Virus record (IMG/VR): IMGVR_UViG_3300042914_003272
Location: 1 to 64,000 of that record
Source: a virus
Taxonomy: Duplodnaviria > Caudoviricetes
DNA: 64,000 bases
Strand: one strand, 5' to 3'
Shown in pieces: positions 38,079 through 46,355 of the stretch. The position numbers and the translations under genes are program-made. Below the pieces are notes generated by a model, which searched no databases, was not told the DNA's origin, and saw nothing but the letters and a program-made list of their open reading frames with translations. Positions within the stretch are counted from its first letter, which is position 1. Each line of letters begins with the position of its first letter.

Positions 38079-39251
38079 TTACCTTGCTGCTTGATAGATT
38101 TGTGCAATGCTATTAGCTACAGATTGAGGCATCTCAGCATACCTTGATAACAAATCAGATGCTTGCTTTGCTGTAAACTCAGTCATGTAGTTGCGACGGT
38201 TAATGTCATCACGCTTTTTGAAGACCTCGGCAGCTTTGTCTTCGTTGCGCTGCCATATTCTGTTTTCGTAGTCCTCCATTTCCTGCCGACTACGAAAGCC
38301 TTTCTGATAGATTGCTTCATCGTAAGGGTTGTAGATTTTTAGATTATCTTCAACCCTAGCGGTCTCGTTGTTTTGCTTTATTTGCTGTTGACTCATTCTA
38401 TTTCGTCCATCAAAATCTGTGTTAAACCCTACAGTGTTAGCAACAGCGTCAGCACCACCAGCAAGAACTCTACCAACACCTTTTGAGAGGTTAGCACCAG
38501 TTAGTTGGTCGCCAACAAGAGCTAATGCAGCACCAGCTTTTACTACATTATTGCCAGGAATAGCATTCCAGACTCTACCAATATTATTTCCAGTGGTACG
38601 AAAGCCTCTACCTATGGCTCTTCCTATGTCACCTGGAACTTCTCTCGCAGCCCAGCGAGCAGCCTCTTCAGGTGTTGCATTTAATAATGGGTCAGCTTGA
38701 AATATAGCCTTATTCCTAGCGTAATCGTAAGGAATGTCTTTTAATTCATTGCCAATATTAAGCACGGTGTTACCACCAGCAACAACCACGCCCCCTTTAA
38801 CAATCCAGCCAACTATATTCCCGTTATCATCAACCTCTGCAATATCGCCTGTTCTTTGGTCTTGTACATATTGAGACATATTATTTTTAACTCCTGTATT
38901 TTTACCCCTAACGGCTTCATCTAATCTATCAGCAGTCCATCCCCCGGCAAAACCACCTAAACCTTGTGTTGCTAATGAAGTACCCAATCCTGCAAGTCCA
39001 CCGATAGCACCACCAGCAAGTGTTCCTACTCCTGGTGCTAAGGCAGTACCAAGGGCAGCCCCAACCTTAGCACCAGCAGCAGTGGCAGCACCAGTGGCGG
39101 CTAAACCACCAAGGGTAGAGCCTACAGCACCAGCACCAGCCCGAATATCATCTTCTCCCTGTTCTTTCCCGCTTTGGTAGTCTATAAAACCACCGACTAC
39201 AGGCATACCATAATTGAATGCTTTACCTGCTATCCTGCCAAAGTTACCCAT
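38079..39251 (-). CDS. ejection-like protein with long Gly-zipper
   Basis: GAKVGAALGTALAPGVGTLAGGAIGG. Confidence 0.55.
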   Translation of the reverse strand: MGNFGRIAGKAFNYGMPVVGGFIDYQSGKEQGEDDIRAGAGAVGSTLGGLAATGAATAAGAKVGAALGTALAPGVGTLAGGAIGGLAGLGTSLATQGLGGFAGGWTADRLDEAVRGKNTGVKNNMSQYVQDQRTGDIAEVDDNGNIVGWIVKGGVVVAGGNTVLNIGNELKDIPYDYARNKAIFQADPLLNATPEEAARWAAREVPGDIGRAIGRGFRTTGNNIGRVWNAIPGNNVVKAGAALALVGDQLTGANLSKGVGRVLAGGADAVANTVGFNTDFDGRNRMSQQQIKQNNETARVEDNLKIYNPYDEAIYQKGFRSRQEMEDYENRIWQRNEDKAAEVFKKRDDINRRNYMTEFTAKQASDLLSRYAEMPQSVANSIAQIYQAAR

Positions 39252-39651
39252 AATATTGCTCCTCTTCAGAACGTGGTAACATTTGCATAGCCATTGGTGC
39301 TAAAAACATGGCATTTACGCCTAGGTTTAAAGCATTGCCAAAATTCTTCCTAGCAAATTGTCCTGTATGTGCCACACCCTTACCCATGCGGTAAAGGATT
39401 TCATTTTCATCTATAGGTATTTGACTATTAGGCGCAACAAAACTTGCGTACCATCTAGCAGCATCTTTTTGTGCTTCTGCCATATACTTAGCAGCGTCAT
39501 CAGCAGTGAATAAACCATTAACATTCAATTCTTTAGCAACTGCTTTGGTAACATGGTCAACATACTCCTCACCAATTCTTCTACCCATTTGACTACGGGC
39601 AATGTCATCAGCTACAGAAGCAAATCCTCTTCCTACACTTCCCCAGTTCAT
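39244..39651 (-). CDS. hypothetical virion protein
   Basis: Overlapping stop/start in operon. Confidence 0.5.
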   Translation of the reverse strand: MNWGSVGRGFASVADDIARSQMGRRIGEEYVDHVTKAVAKELNVNGLFTADDAAKYMAEAQKDAARWYASFVAPNSQIPIDENEILYRMGKGVAHTGQFARKNFGNALNLGVNAMFLAPMAMQMLPRSEEEQYYG

Positions 39652-40196
39652 TGATAGCCCTCCATTCCAGGTTGTTGATTAAGAAAGTCTTGCAATGCTT
39701 GATAAGTTAATATCTGTTGGGCAGTGCGGTTAGTGGTGTACTTCATAAACTTATCCCGCTCTTCCTCATTAAGTTCTGGTATTTGAACTTGGTTAGACTG
39801 CTGTATTCCAGGTTGTATTTCCAGAATAGGTTGATTAGTTCCTTGAGTAACTTCAACAATTCTTTGAGGTGGTTGTTCGATATACTCATCAGGTTTTAAA
39901 TTAGTTAATCCCATTGAGAGGAAATCAATAGCCCCTCCTACTGGATTACCAATTAAATTATTTACTACGGTACCGCCAGCTAACGCAGCAGCAGCACCAT
40001 AGGGATTATCAACTGCAAACTCTAAGGCATTACCAATGCCAGGTTGTTGTCCTAACCAAAAGGATGCTTTGTCAGCATTACCATAATACTCTTGAGGAAT
40101 ATGAGGACGGGTAGCATACATTCTTCCGTCCTTAATGGCATTTCCATACCTTTTAAAAGCAACTTGTGGGTTTATTTCTCTACCAAATATTTGCAT
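39648..40196 (-). CDS. hypothetical virion protein
   Basis: Gly/Ala hydrophobic segment, operon packing. Confidence 0.5.
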   Translation of the reverse strand: MQIFGREINPQVAFKRYGNAIKDGRMYATRPHIPQEYYGNADKASFWLGQQPGIGNALEFAVDNPYGAAAALAGGTVVNNLIGNPVGGAIDFLSMGLTNLKPDEYIEQPPQRIVEVTQGTNQPILEIQPGIQQSNQVQIPELNEEERDKFMKYTTNRTAQQILTYQALQDFLNQQPGMEGYQ

Positions 40197-40201
40197 AATT
40201 A

Positions 40202-42040
40202 TTACTTCCTGAACCCTGCTATTCTTCCTGTTCTAACTAATTCCCTACCCGCTAACAGTGCAGCCCCGGCGGCTAACGCCCCAGTAGGTGTGACAGAATA
40301 ACCCATGACTGACAACTCTGGTCCATTAATTCCATCCATAGTTCCTTTAATTAATCCCCCAGTAGCATCTCTCAGGAAGTTATCATCTTTATTACGTAAA
40401 TAGTCCTGATACTTCTGATACTGTTCATAGGGGATATCAGTCCGCTCCTGTCTAAATTGCTCCCAAGGAAGTAGCTTACCTCTTTTACCTAACAATCCTC
40501 TATCAATTAATAACTCGGACAGCGGTGATGTAGAAATACGTGGGTCATCCTCATCAGGATTAATAGCTTGATATCCTGCAACCCTACCGCCTTCACCCAG
40601 GTTAAATGGGTTATAAATTTGAGAGCCTAATTCTAATCCTGTAACAGCAGCAAATGGAACTACGACCTTTGCCATCCTACTTGCATCTTCACCTAAGAAC
40701 TTAGAACCGTGAGTACCCACAAAATCCGCAGGGTGTATAGTCCATAAGACTTGACGACTGCCATTCCCTATTACGTCACCTGCTACTCTACCAACCCCAA
40801 ATCCCACTCTACCTTCATTTTGTAAATGGGCATATTGACTTTCAGGTGCGCGATTCCAAGCTACTGATGCAGAACGTCCAGGATGTTTACCAGCCTCTAC
40901 GGCATAATCAAACCCTCTCTTAGTTCCATGCCACACATTCCCCCACCAACTACCAGTATCAGCCACTTGTCTTGCCTTGTCGTTTAGATGTTGTTGACGG
41001 GCTTGATTAAATTCTTCCCCATCAAAGTCATAGTTACCACCACCTGTGGGGGGTTTAGGGGGAATACTCCCACCACCTCCACTCATAGGAATACCGGAAG
41101 AAGTAGATACAGCTTTACTTCCAGGGTAAACACTACGATTAATACCACTCTCAGGAGTCCCTTCTGGTATGGGTAGTGGGCTATAAGATACGGTTTCTGG
41201 AACTACACTAAACCCCGGCTGTGTTGATAATATGCTCACAACGTCTGGGGCAATTGCCCCATTATCTGTAGGGATAGTTGTTACAGTTCCCGGAACTTCT
41301 TGGGGGGTAGGTTGAGGTTGTGAATTTAAAAAGAGATTATCTAAATCATTTAAGATTGCTTCGGATTCAGCATTATTAGCAAGAGGAGACGATTGTACAA
41401 GAGGGGTTTCAGGAATGGGTTGACTTACCACACCTTGAGGAGCATTGACTTTCCTGGATTCTAAATACGATTGGATTTCAGGTTTGAGAGCATACCTACC
41501 TCTTTCTCCTAGTGTTTCATCAAAAATTGCATACTTCTTTGGGACTACCCTATTTCCTTCAGGAGTTAATACTTGAATTAACCCTCTCTTTTTTAGTTCA
41601 TCAAAGAAAGCATTTCCTTTTCCTCTGAACTGCTCTCTCATTGCTTGCTCCTCTTCTAAAGGGATAAAAATATCACCTTCAATTCGCATTGCACCTTGAG
41701 GAGCTTTAGCAGAACGTCTTTGAGAATTAATCGGAGCATTTTCAGGAACAAATTCCGTATCTATGTCACCACCTGATACTGCTTCTTCAACTCTTCTTCT
41801 TTCTGGTTTGTACCCAAATCTTTTAGCTTGTCTTTCTATTTCTAACAAATAGTTTTTTTGTTCTGCATTTCTCATTGCCTGTGCTTCTACTAATTGTTCA
41901 GCGGCAGGAAGATGCGAGAAAAACTCATCATAATGAGAAGCGGGTAGCTGAACAAAGTAATCATCAAGCTGCTGTTTTGTCCCACTCAGCCATGCGGCAA
42001 CGTCATCAGCAGATGTAAGTGTTGGTATCCTAAATGTCAT
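40202..42040 (-). CDS. putative internal virion protein
   Basis: 612 aa, Pro-rich linker, C-terminal hydrophobic helix. Confidence 0.5.
   Translation of the reverse strand: MTFRIPTLTSADDVAAWLSGTKQQLDDYFVQLPASHYDEFFSHLPAAEQLVEAQAMRNAEQKNYLLEIERQAKRFGYKPERRRVEEAVSGGDIDTEFVPENAPINSQRRSAKAPQGAMRIEGDIFIPLEEEQAMREQFRGKGNAFFDELKKRGLIQVLTPEGNRVVPKKYAIFDETLGERGRYALKPEIQSYLESRKVNAPQGVVSQPIPETPLVQSSPLANNAESEAILNDLDNLFLNSQPQPTPQEVPGTVTTIPTDNGAIAPDVVSILSTQPGFSVVPETVSYSPLPIPEGTPESGINRSVYPGSKAVSTSSGIPMSGGGGSIPPKPPTGGGNYDFDGEEFNQARQQHLNDKARQVADTGSWWGNVWHGTKRGFDYAVEAGKHPGRSASVAWNRAPESQYAHLQNEGRVGFGVGRVAGDVIGNGSRQVLWTIHPADFVGTHGSKFLGEDASRMAKVVVPFAAVTGLELGSQIYNPFNLGEGGRVAGYQAINPDEDDPRISTSPLSELLIDRGLLGKRGKLLPWEQFRQERTDIPYEQYQKYQDYLRNKDDNFLRDATGGLIKGTMDGINGPELSVMGYSVTPTGALAAGAALLAGRELVRTGRIAGFRK
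40272..40293 (+). promoter_or_regulatory. class A element inside minus-strand gene (antisense)
   Basis: GGC-TAAC-GCC, +11nt TGA. Confidence 0.45.
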
Positions 42041-42041
42041 A

Positions 42042-42668
42042 TTATCCTTCTTCTTTAATCCAATTACTTGCCATTAACCAAATACTTCTAACATTTAAGT
42101 CACCACTACTAAGAGATTTTAATTCCTTATTAGTAGCATTACTGTAATCAACTTTGAATACTTTACTTTCCTCTATTTGATTATCATGTGATGGTAACTC
42201 TAGTGGTTTTCTATCATCACTATCATCATCAATAGAATGAAGATGAGTAGATGCAGCATAAGCACCAATAGCTAGTTGATATTCTTCCTGAGTAATATTT
42301 AATTGTCTACATATTTCCTCTACAGTAACTGAATGGATGGCTATTCTTTTAATGTCTGCTATTAACTTTTGCATTGACTGACTAAGCCTAATTAACTTAG
42401 ACCTATCTCTAAGATATTGCAATATCTTTCCTGATATTCTAGGGACTGCGTAGGAAGAAAACATAATTCCTTTATAGGGGTCGTAATCTTCTACTGCTCT
42501 AATCAATCCTATAAACGCTTCTTGTGATAAGTCATCAAAACTTTCATTGCAGTATAACTTAGCTGTATGTGCAGCTTTATAAGCTAATCCTTCATTGAGC
42601 ATTACTAATTTATTTCTAATAGTAATAGACTTTGTTTGTTGATACTTCCTGAAAAGTTCTATTGACAT
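42042..42668 (-). CDS. sigma-70 family sigma factor (SigF/SigB-like), region 4 apparently absent
   Basis: RNKLV..N.GLA..DDLSQEAFIGLIRAVEDYDP.KG..FSSYAVPRISGKILQYLRD. Confidence 0.85.
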   Translation of the reverse strand: MSIELFRKYQQTKSITIRNKLVMLNEGLAYKAAHTAKLYCNESFDDLSQEAFIGLIRAVEDYDPYKGIMFSSYAVPRISGKILQYLRDRSKLIRLSQSMQKLIADIKRIAIHSVTVEEICRQLNITQEEYQLAIGAYAASTHLHSIDDDSDDRKPLELPSHDNQIEESKVFKVDYSNATNKELKSLSSGDLNVRSIWLMASNWIKEEG

Positions 42669-43648
42669 AAGCTTCTTAGACTCCCTAACAAAGATATCTG
42701 CCAATCAGCAAATTCATTATACGCATAGAATGTAGTAGCAATGGATTTCGTATGAGGGTGATTTTCACTTAGTAGAGTATTTGCATTTAATTTAGGAGAA
42801 TGAGATTGATAAAGTTGTTCTACAGCTTCAGCTACAAATAAAGGTATTTCTAAGCTGGTTACTTGATAAGTCTGGTATATTGAAGTGATATCTCCTGACT
42901 TAATTTTGTATCTTAATCCTGATGTAATCTCAATTACTTTACCCCACTTAACGCAGGATTCTTTTATAGATACAAAATCACCGACTTTAAATTCTAAGTT
43001 ATTAGGCTTAGGTGGTTTAATCTCAGGATTAATCATCTCAGCGTAAGCTCTTTTAATATCTGATGTAGTGGGAGTTTCATTGCATTGTTCTAAAGCTTTA
43101 CGCCACACATTAGCTCTTAACTCTACATCTTTTATTTGTCCTAATAATCTAAGAACGTAATCTGTTTTAGGAAGCAAGGTATCATCATCAAAGTAAATGC
43201 GAATACTTTCACAATCTTGATATGCCTTAATAGCTCTACTTGCAGTAGTAGGATTAATGCCTAAACCTAACTGACAATAAGACTGCCAACTATTGTATTG
43301 TTCACGGTAGAGTCTTCTTTGTTTGAGGGTATGTAAGTCTCTGCCTGTGTCTATAAAAAACCTTTTTGTGTTCTCTATAATTCTTGTTTCTAATTTTTGT
43401 TTTAATTCCTTATCTTCATCAGCCAACGGAGCTACAGGTTTACTTTTGTTCCCATCATTAAGAAGTGATTGAAACCAACTCCACTCTTCGTTAGATATAT
43501 TTTCTCTAACCCTAGAAGTTATCTTAGCTAAATGAGTTTCTTCCAACTCTGACAGTTCCGTGATAACCGATTTAGCTAAGTCTGTATTCCTATTAACAAT
43601 AGCTATTCCCAAGCTGTTGCTCAGTTCCGTAGATTTATTTAGTTCCAT
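42659..43648 (-). CDS. putative DNA-binding protein with KOW-like C-terminal domain
   Basis: G.DL..LK..RLYR..Y.SW..YC helix motif; FKVGDFVSI..WGKVIEI. Confidence 0.5.
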   Translation of the reverse strand: MELNKSTELSNSLGIAIVNRNTDLAKSVITELSELEETHLAKITSRVRENISNEEWSWFQSLLNDGNKSKPVAPLADEDKELKQKLETRIIENTKRFFIDTGRDLHTLKQRRLYREQYNSWQSYCQLGLGINPTTASRAIKAYQDCESIRIYFDDDTLLPKTDYVLRLLGQIKDVELRANVWRKALEQCNETPTTSDIKRAYAEMINPEIKPPKPNNLEFKVGDFVSIKESCVKWGKVIEITSGLRYKIKSGDITSIYQTYQVTSLEIPLFVAEAVEQLYQSHSPKLNANTLLSENHPHTKSIATTFYAYNEFADWQISLLGSLRSLCQ

Positions 43649-43719
43649 TGTCTAACCAACCACTGTTTATTTTGCTTGCTCTATGGTATAATATATTCGG
43701 CAAAATAAACAGGTGAGTT

Positions 43720-43854
43720 ATGAAAAAACAACAACTTGATAATAGATATTTAGTTACCTCTAGTGCAATTAGATTAGACACACAAACTAATAACAACAAT
43801 ATAAAAAAGAAAATAGATTTTCCAGTAAATGCGTTGCTTGGATTCGGTAGTTAA
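43720..43854 (+). CDS. small hypothetical ORF (44 aa, not in track)
   Basis: Follows TGgTATAAT and GCAAAATAAAC motif. Confidence 0.3.
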   Translation: MKKQQLDNRYLVTSSAIRLDTQTNNNNIKKKIDFPVNALLGFGS

Positions 43855-43858
43855 ACCA

Positions 43859-43894
43859 TCAAAAGTATAGGGGCGATTGCCCCATTAATAGTGA
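43859..43894. promoter_or_regulatory. class A hairpin element, bidirectional
   Basis: GGGGC-GATT-GCCCC, TGA at 11 nt on both strands. Confidence 0.7.
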
Positions 43895-43913
43895 AGTAAT
43901 TTGTGAAGTAATT

Positions 43914-44210
43914 ATGACTGAGGAAAATGAAGTTAGGGTATTTAGTAATGGCAGTCAATATAGTGACTGGACTGCAAGTAATTGTGATAGATGCAAAAAA
44001 GCAGCACCCCTTTATGAAGATTCTACCTGCCCTATTGAGTTAGCACTTTGTGAGGCATTGTTATCTTGCGGTAAAGTTACTCAAGAGATTGCAAATAGAA
44101 TGGGGTATGTAGACCAAGGAAAGGATGTTTGGATGTGCAAGGAAGTCGAGTGGACAGAGGAATGGAAGTCTGAAGTCTTAGCAAGGAAAGATGCCAAAGT
44201 CAAATCTTGA
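43914..44210 (+). CDS. Cys-containing hypothetical protein
   Basis: FSNGSQY..W...NCDRC..CPI; class A upstream. Confidence 0.55.
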   Translation: MTEENEVRVFSNGSQYSDWTASNCDRCKKAAPLYEDSTCPIELALCEALLSCGKVTQEIANRMGYVDQGKDVWMCKEVEWTEEWKSEVLARKDAKVKS

Positions 44211-44541
44211 ATTAAAGTTTGAAGAACTATGGCTTACTCTTTATCCTAGCATTGATTTAATAAATGAGTTTAAGCCTGTTCCTAAACGCAGATTTAGGGC
44301 AGACTATGCTCATATTAACTCTAAGGTTCTCATAGAAATCAATGGTGGTACTTGGGGTAAAGGTGGGCATAGTAGCGGAGGTGGGATAGAAAGAGATTAT
44401 ATAAAAAATAACCTTTGCCTTTACTATGGTTATGTCACATTTCAGTTATCAAATAAAATGATAACTGAAGAGTGGTTAAATATAATAGCCGACACCATTA
44501 GAGGTAGAGAGGCTTTTAATCTTGATTATCTCAAGTCCTAG
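44191..44541 (+). CDS. PD-(D/E)xK endonuclease (Vsr/DUF559-like)
   Basis: EF..RRFRADYA..KVLIEINGG..H..RD..K.N. Confidence 0.75.
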   Translation: MPKSNLELKFEELWLTLYPSIDLINEFKPVPKRRFRADYAHINSKVLIEINGGTWGKGGHSSGGGIERDYIKNNLCLYYGYVTFQLSNKMITEEWLNIIADTIRGREAFNLDYLKS

Positions 44542-44542
44542 T

Positions 44543-45031
44543 TTATTTATCCAAACTACTCATAACAGTAGTGAACCCGCTATATTTTCCTTGATAGGGA
44601 ATAGTGGGTTTTTCTGTTGAATGAATGATTAGCTGACCTATTCTCAATTCTGGGTAGATAAACACTGGTTTTTTTGTGGAGTAATTCTTTAATTCCAAAG
44701 TCAATACTCCATGAAATCCGTTATCTACCCAACCTGCTAATGCGTGAGACAATCCTTCTCTAGCTCTAGAAGATTTTAACTTTAACTCTATAGCAACATT
44801 ATTTGGAACTGTTAAATATTCTAGAGTTTCTGCCAGCACAAATTCATTAGCATCTAAGATGTAGGGATTTTCTTTTGTGTGATGAGAAATGTTTACAATT
44901 TCATTATCAATAATTAGATTATTCCCTAACCTAATATCTAAGGAAGATGGATTAATTAAAGATTCATCATAGGGTTTAACAAGTCCTTTCTTACAAAGAG
45001 ATTTGATTTGATGGTCAACTAATACTGTCAT
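44543..45031 (-). CDS. dcd: dCTP deaminase
   Basis: NPSSLDIRLG, KSSRAREGL, AGWVDNGFHGVLTLELKN, IGQL, Y.GKY. Confidence 0.9.
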   Translation of the reverse strand: MTVLVDHQIKSLCKKGLVKPYDESLINPSSLDIRLGNNLIIDNEIVNISHHTKENPYILDANEFVLAETLEYLTVPNNVAIELKLKSSRAREGLSHALAGWVDNGFHGVLTLELKNYSTKKPVFIYPELRIGQLIIHSTEKPTIPYQGKYSGFTTVMSSLDK

Positions 45032-45096
45032 GGTAAACTTAGTTTATTTTGCTTGCTTTAAATAATAACATAACTCAGGTTTAAACTAAAGAAGGT

Positions 45097-45134
45097 TTTT
45101 ATGGACGCTACGCGTCCTAGTTATAGTTTTAGTT
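45097..45134 (+). promoter_or_regulatory. class B hairpin element (degenerate downstream box)
   Basis: GGACGC-TAC-GCGTCC, core 45107. Confidence 0.6.
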
Positions 45135-45177
45135 CCTTCGGAGTTAGTATTCTTTTGGGATTAGGAGTAAAGAGTTT

Positions 45178-45216
45178 TTTATGGGGTGCTACGCACCTAT
45201 TTTTGTAGTTGTAGTT
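45178..45216 (+). promoter_or_regulatory. class B hairpin element
   Basis: GGTGC-TAC-GCACC, core 45188. Confidence 0.7.
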
Positions 45217-45245
45217 TTAGTTTTGAATTAAGTTGGAGGGGAATT

Positions 45246-45623
45246 ATGCTGGATAGAATTGCTTTAAATCTAATTTCTTGTGGGTACATTTTTGTCAAAG
45301 AGTCCTGTGGGAAGTATTATGGCTACCCAGAAGACCTCCGTTGGTTCGGACATGGTGAAGCTATTTACGCTTTACCTCTACTCGATTTTCCTCAGATTGA
45401 GGATGAAGAAAATTATGTAATGCCTGAAGAGGGTATCACCGACCCTTATTGGGTAAGAAAGAATGGTGAGGATACTTATTCTTATACATCTTCCAGGATA
45501 TACGAATCGAGCATTCCCGTTCTTTCCGAAGAAGGCGAACCTATTTACGCAGTTAGACGGGAACTGATGTCCCTGGAATCTCAGTTTATCGCTGAGGTTT
45601 GGCAAAGGGATGTACAAGGCTAA
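45246..45623 (+). CDS. early hypothetical protein
   Basis: GGAGG RBS before ATG 45246; class B upstream. Confidence 0.55.
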   Translation: MLDRIALNLISCGYIFVKESCGKYYGYPEDLRWFGHGEAIYALPLLDFPQIEDEENYVMPEEGITDPYWVRKNGEDTYSYTSSRIYESSIPVLSEEGEPIYAVRRELMSLESQFIAEVWQRDVQG

Positions 45624-45640
45624 CGCCTAAATAGGATTGA
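45619..45640 (+). promoter_or_regulatory. class A hairpin element
   Basis: +11nt TGA. Confidence 0.7.
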
Positions 45641-45685
45641 ACTAACTCACTTCAATTTGACTTAGGTTGAATTGAAGTGAGTTAT

Positions 45686-45722
45686 TTTTATGTGGGCTAC
45701 GCGTTTTTGTGGAGTTGTAGTT
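45686..45722 (+). promoter_or_regulatory. class B hairpin element
   Basis: core 45696. Confidence 0.65.
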
Positions 45723-45741
45723 AAATAATTGAGTTGAATGT

Positions 45742-45918
45742 ATGATTACTTTAGTTAGACCTTACCACCCTTCCCATAAGTTGATTCAGAAAGAGGAGAT
45801 TTCAATAAGAAGTGAGGGTACATTTATTGATTACTATCTTCCGTCAGATGATGACGGAGCTTACTATTACAGCCCAACCCTTCATTCTTGGGTTTTAAGC
45901 GTAGATGACGGTTGGTAA
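45742..45918 (+). CDS. small hypothetical protein (58 aa, not in track)
   Basis: ORF between class B 45696 and class A 45931. Confidence 0.45.
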   Translation: MITLVRPYHPSHKLIQKEEISIRSEGTFIDYYLPSDDDGAYYYSPTLHSWVLSVDDGW

Positions 45919-45930
45919 GGGATGTACAAG

Positions 45931-45952
45931 GCTAACGCCTAATCAGTTTTGA
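45931..45952 (+). promoter_or_regulatory. class A hairpin element
   Basis: +11nt TGA. Confidence 0.7.
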
Positions 45953-45987
45953 GTTAAGTTTTGAGTTAAGTTCAGTACAGGGAAGTT

Positions 45988-46194
45988 ATGAAAGCAGAAA
46001 AAATAAATCAAAAACTAAAACAAAAACCTTTTGTCGAAAAGAGTGAAGAGGGCATTGCCTTATATTGGGTAGTAAAAGGCGGGAAGTTTCGACTAACAAA
46101 CTTCCACCCATGCGAGGCTCTTGCATGGGGCGAGTTCTGGGGTGCTGTAAATATTTATGCAGATGATTCTGCGTCGGTTGACTGGGAAGGCTAA
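45988..46194 (+). CDS. hypothetical protein
   Basis: Class A upstream. Confidence 0.5.
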   Translation: MKAEKINQKLKQKPFVEKSEEGIALYWVVKGGKFRLTNFHPCEALAWGEFWGAVNIYADDSASVDWEG

Positions 46195-46211
46195 CGCCTA
46201 AATAGGATTGA
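46190..46211 (+). promoter_or_regulatory. class A hairpin element upstream of RNAP gene
   Basis: +11nt TGA. Confidence 0.7.
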
Positions 46212-46355
46212 ACTAACTCACTTTGATTTGACTTAGGTTGAATTGAAGTGAGTTATTTTTATGTTCACTTTGTGCTGATTTAAACAAAAACCCCTTAGTA
46301 GCTAGTTTGGTCGCTGTCTACTAGGGGGTCTTTTATCTAACATAGAGTCTATTCC

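Larger units (their letters stand above)
45616..46264 (+). repeat. 78-bp near-exact direct repeat (45616-45693, 46187-46264): class A element plus 15-bp hairpin plus T-run
   Basis: Two mismatches, both G-U compatible in the hairpin. Confidence 0.9.

Noticed and set aside
22652-45245. Track start codons at 22652, 22996, 26918 and 45186
   Set aside because: They lie upstream of or inside class B elements; downstream ATGs are preferred.
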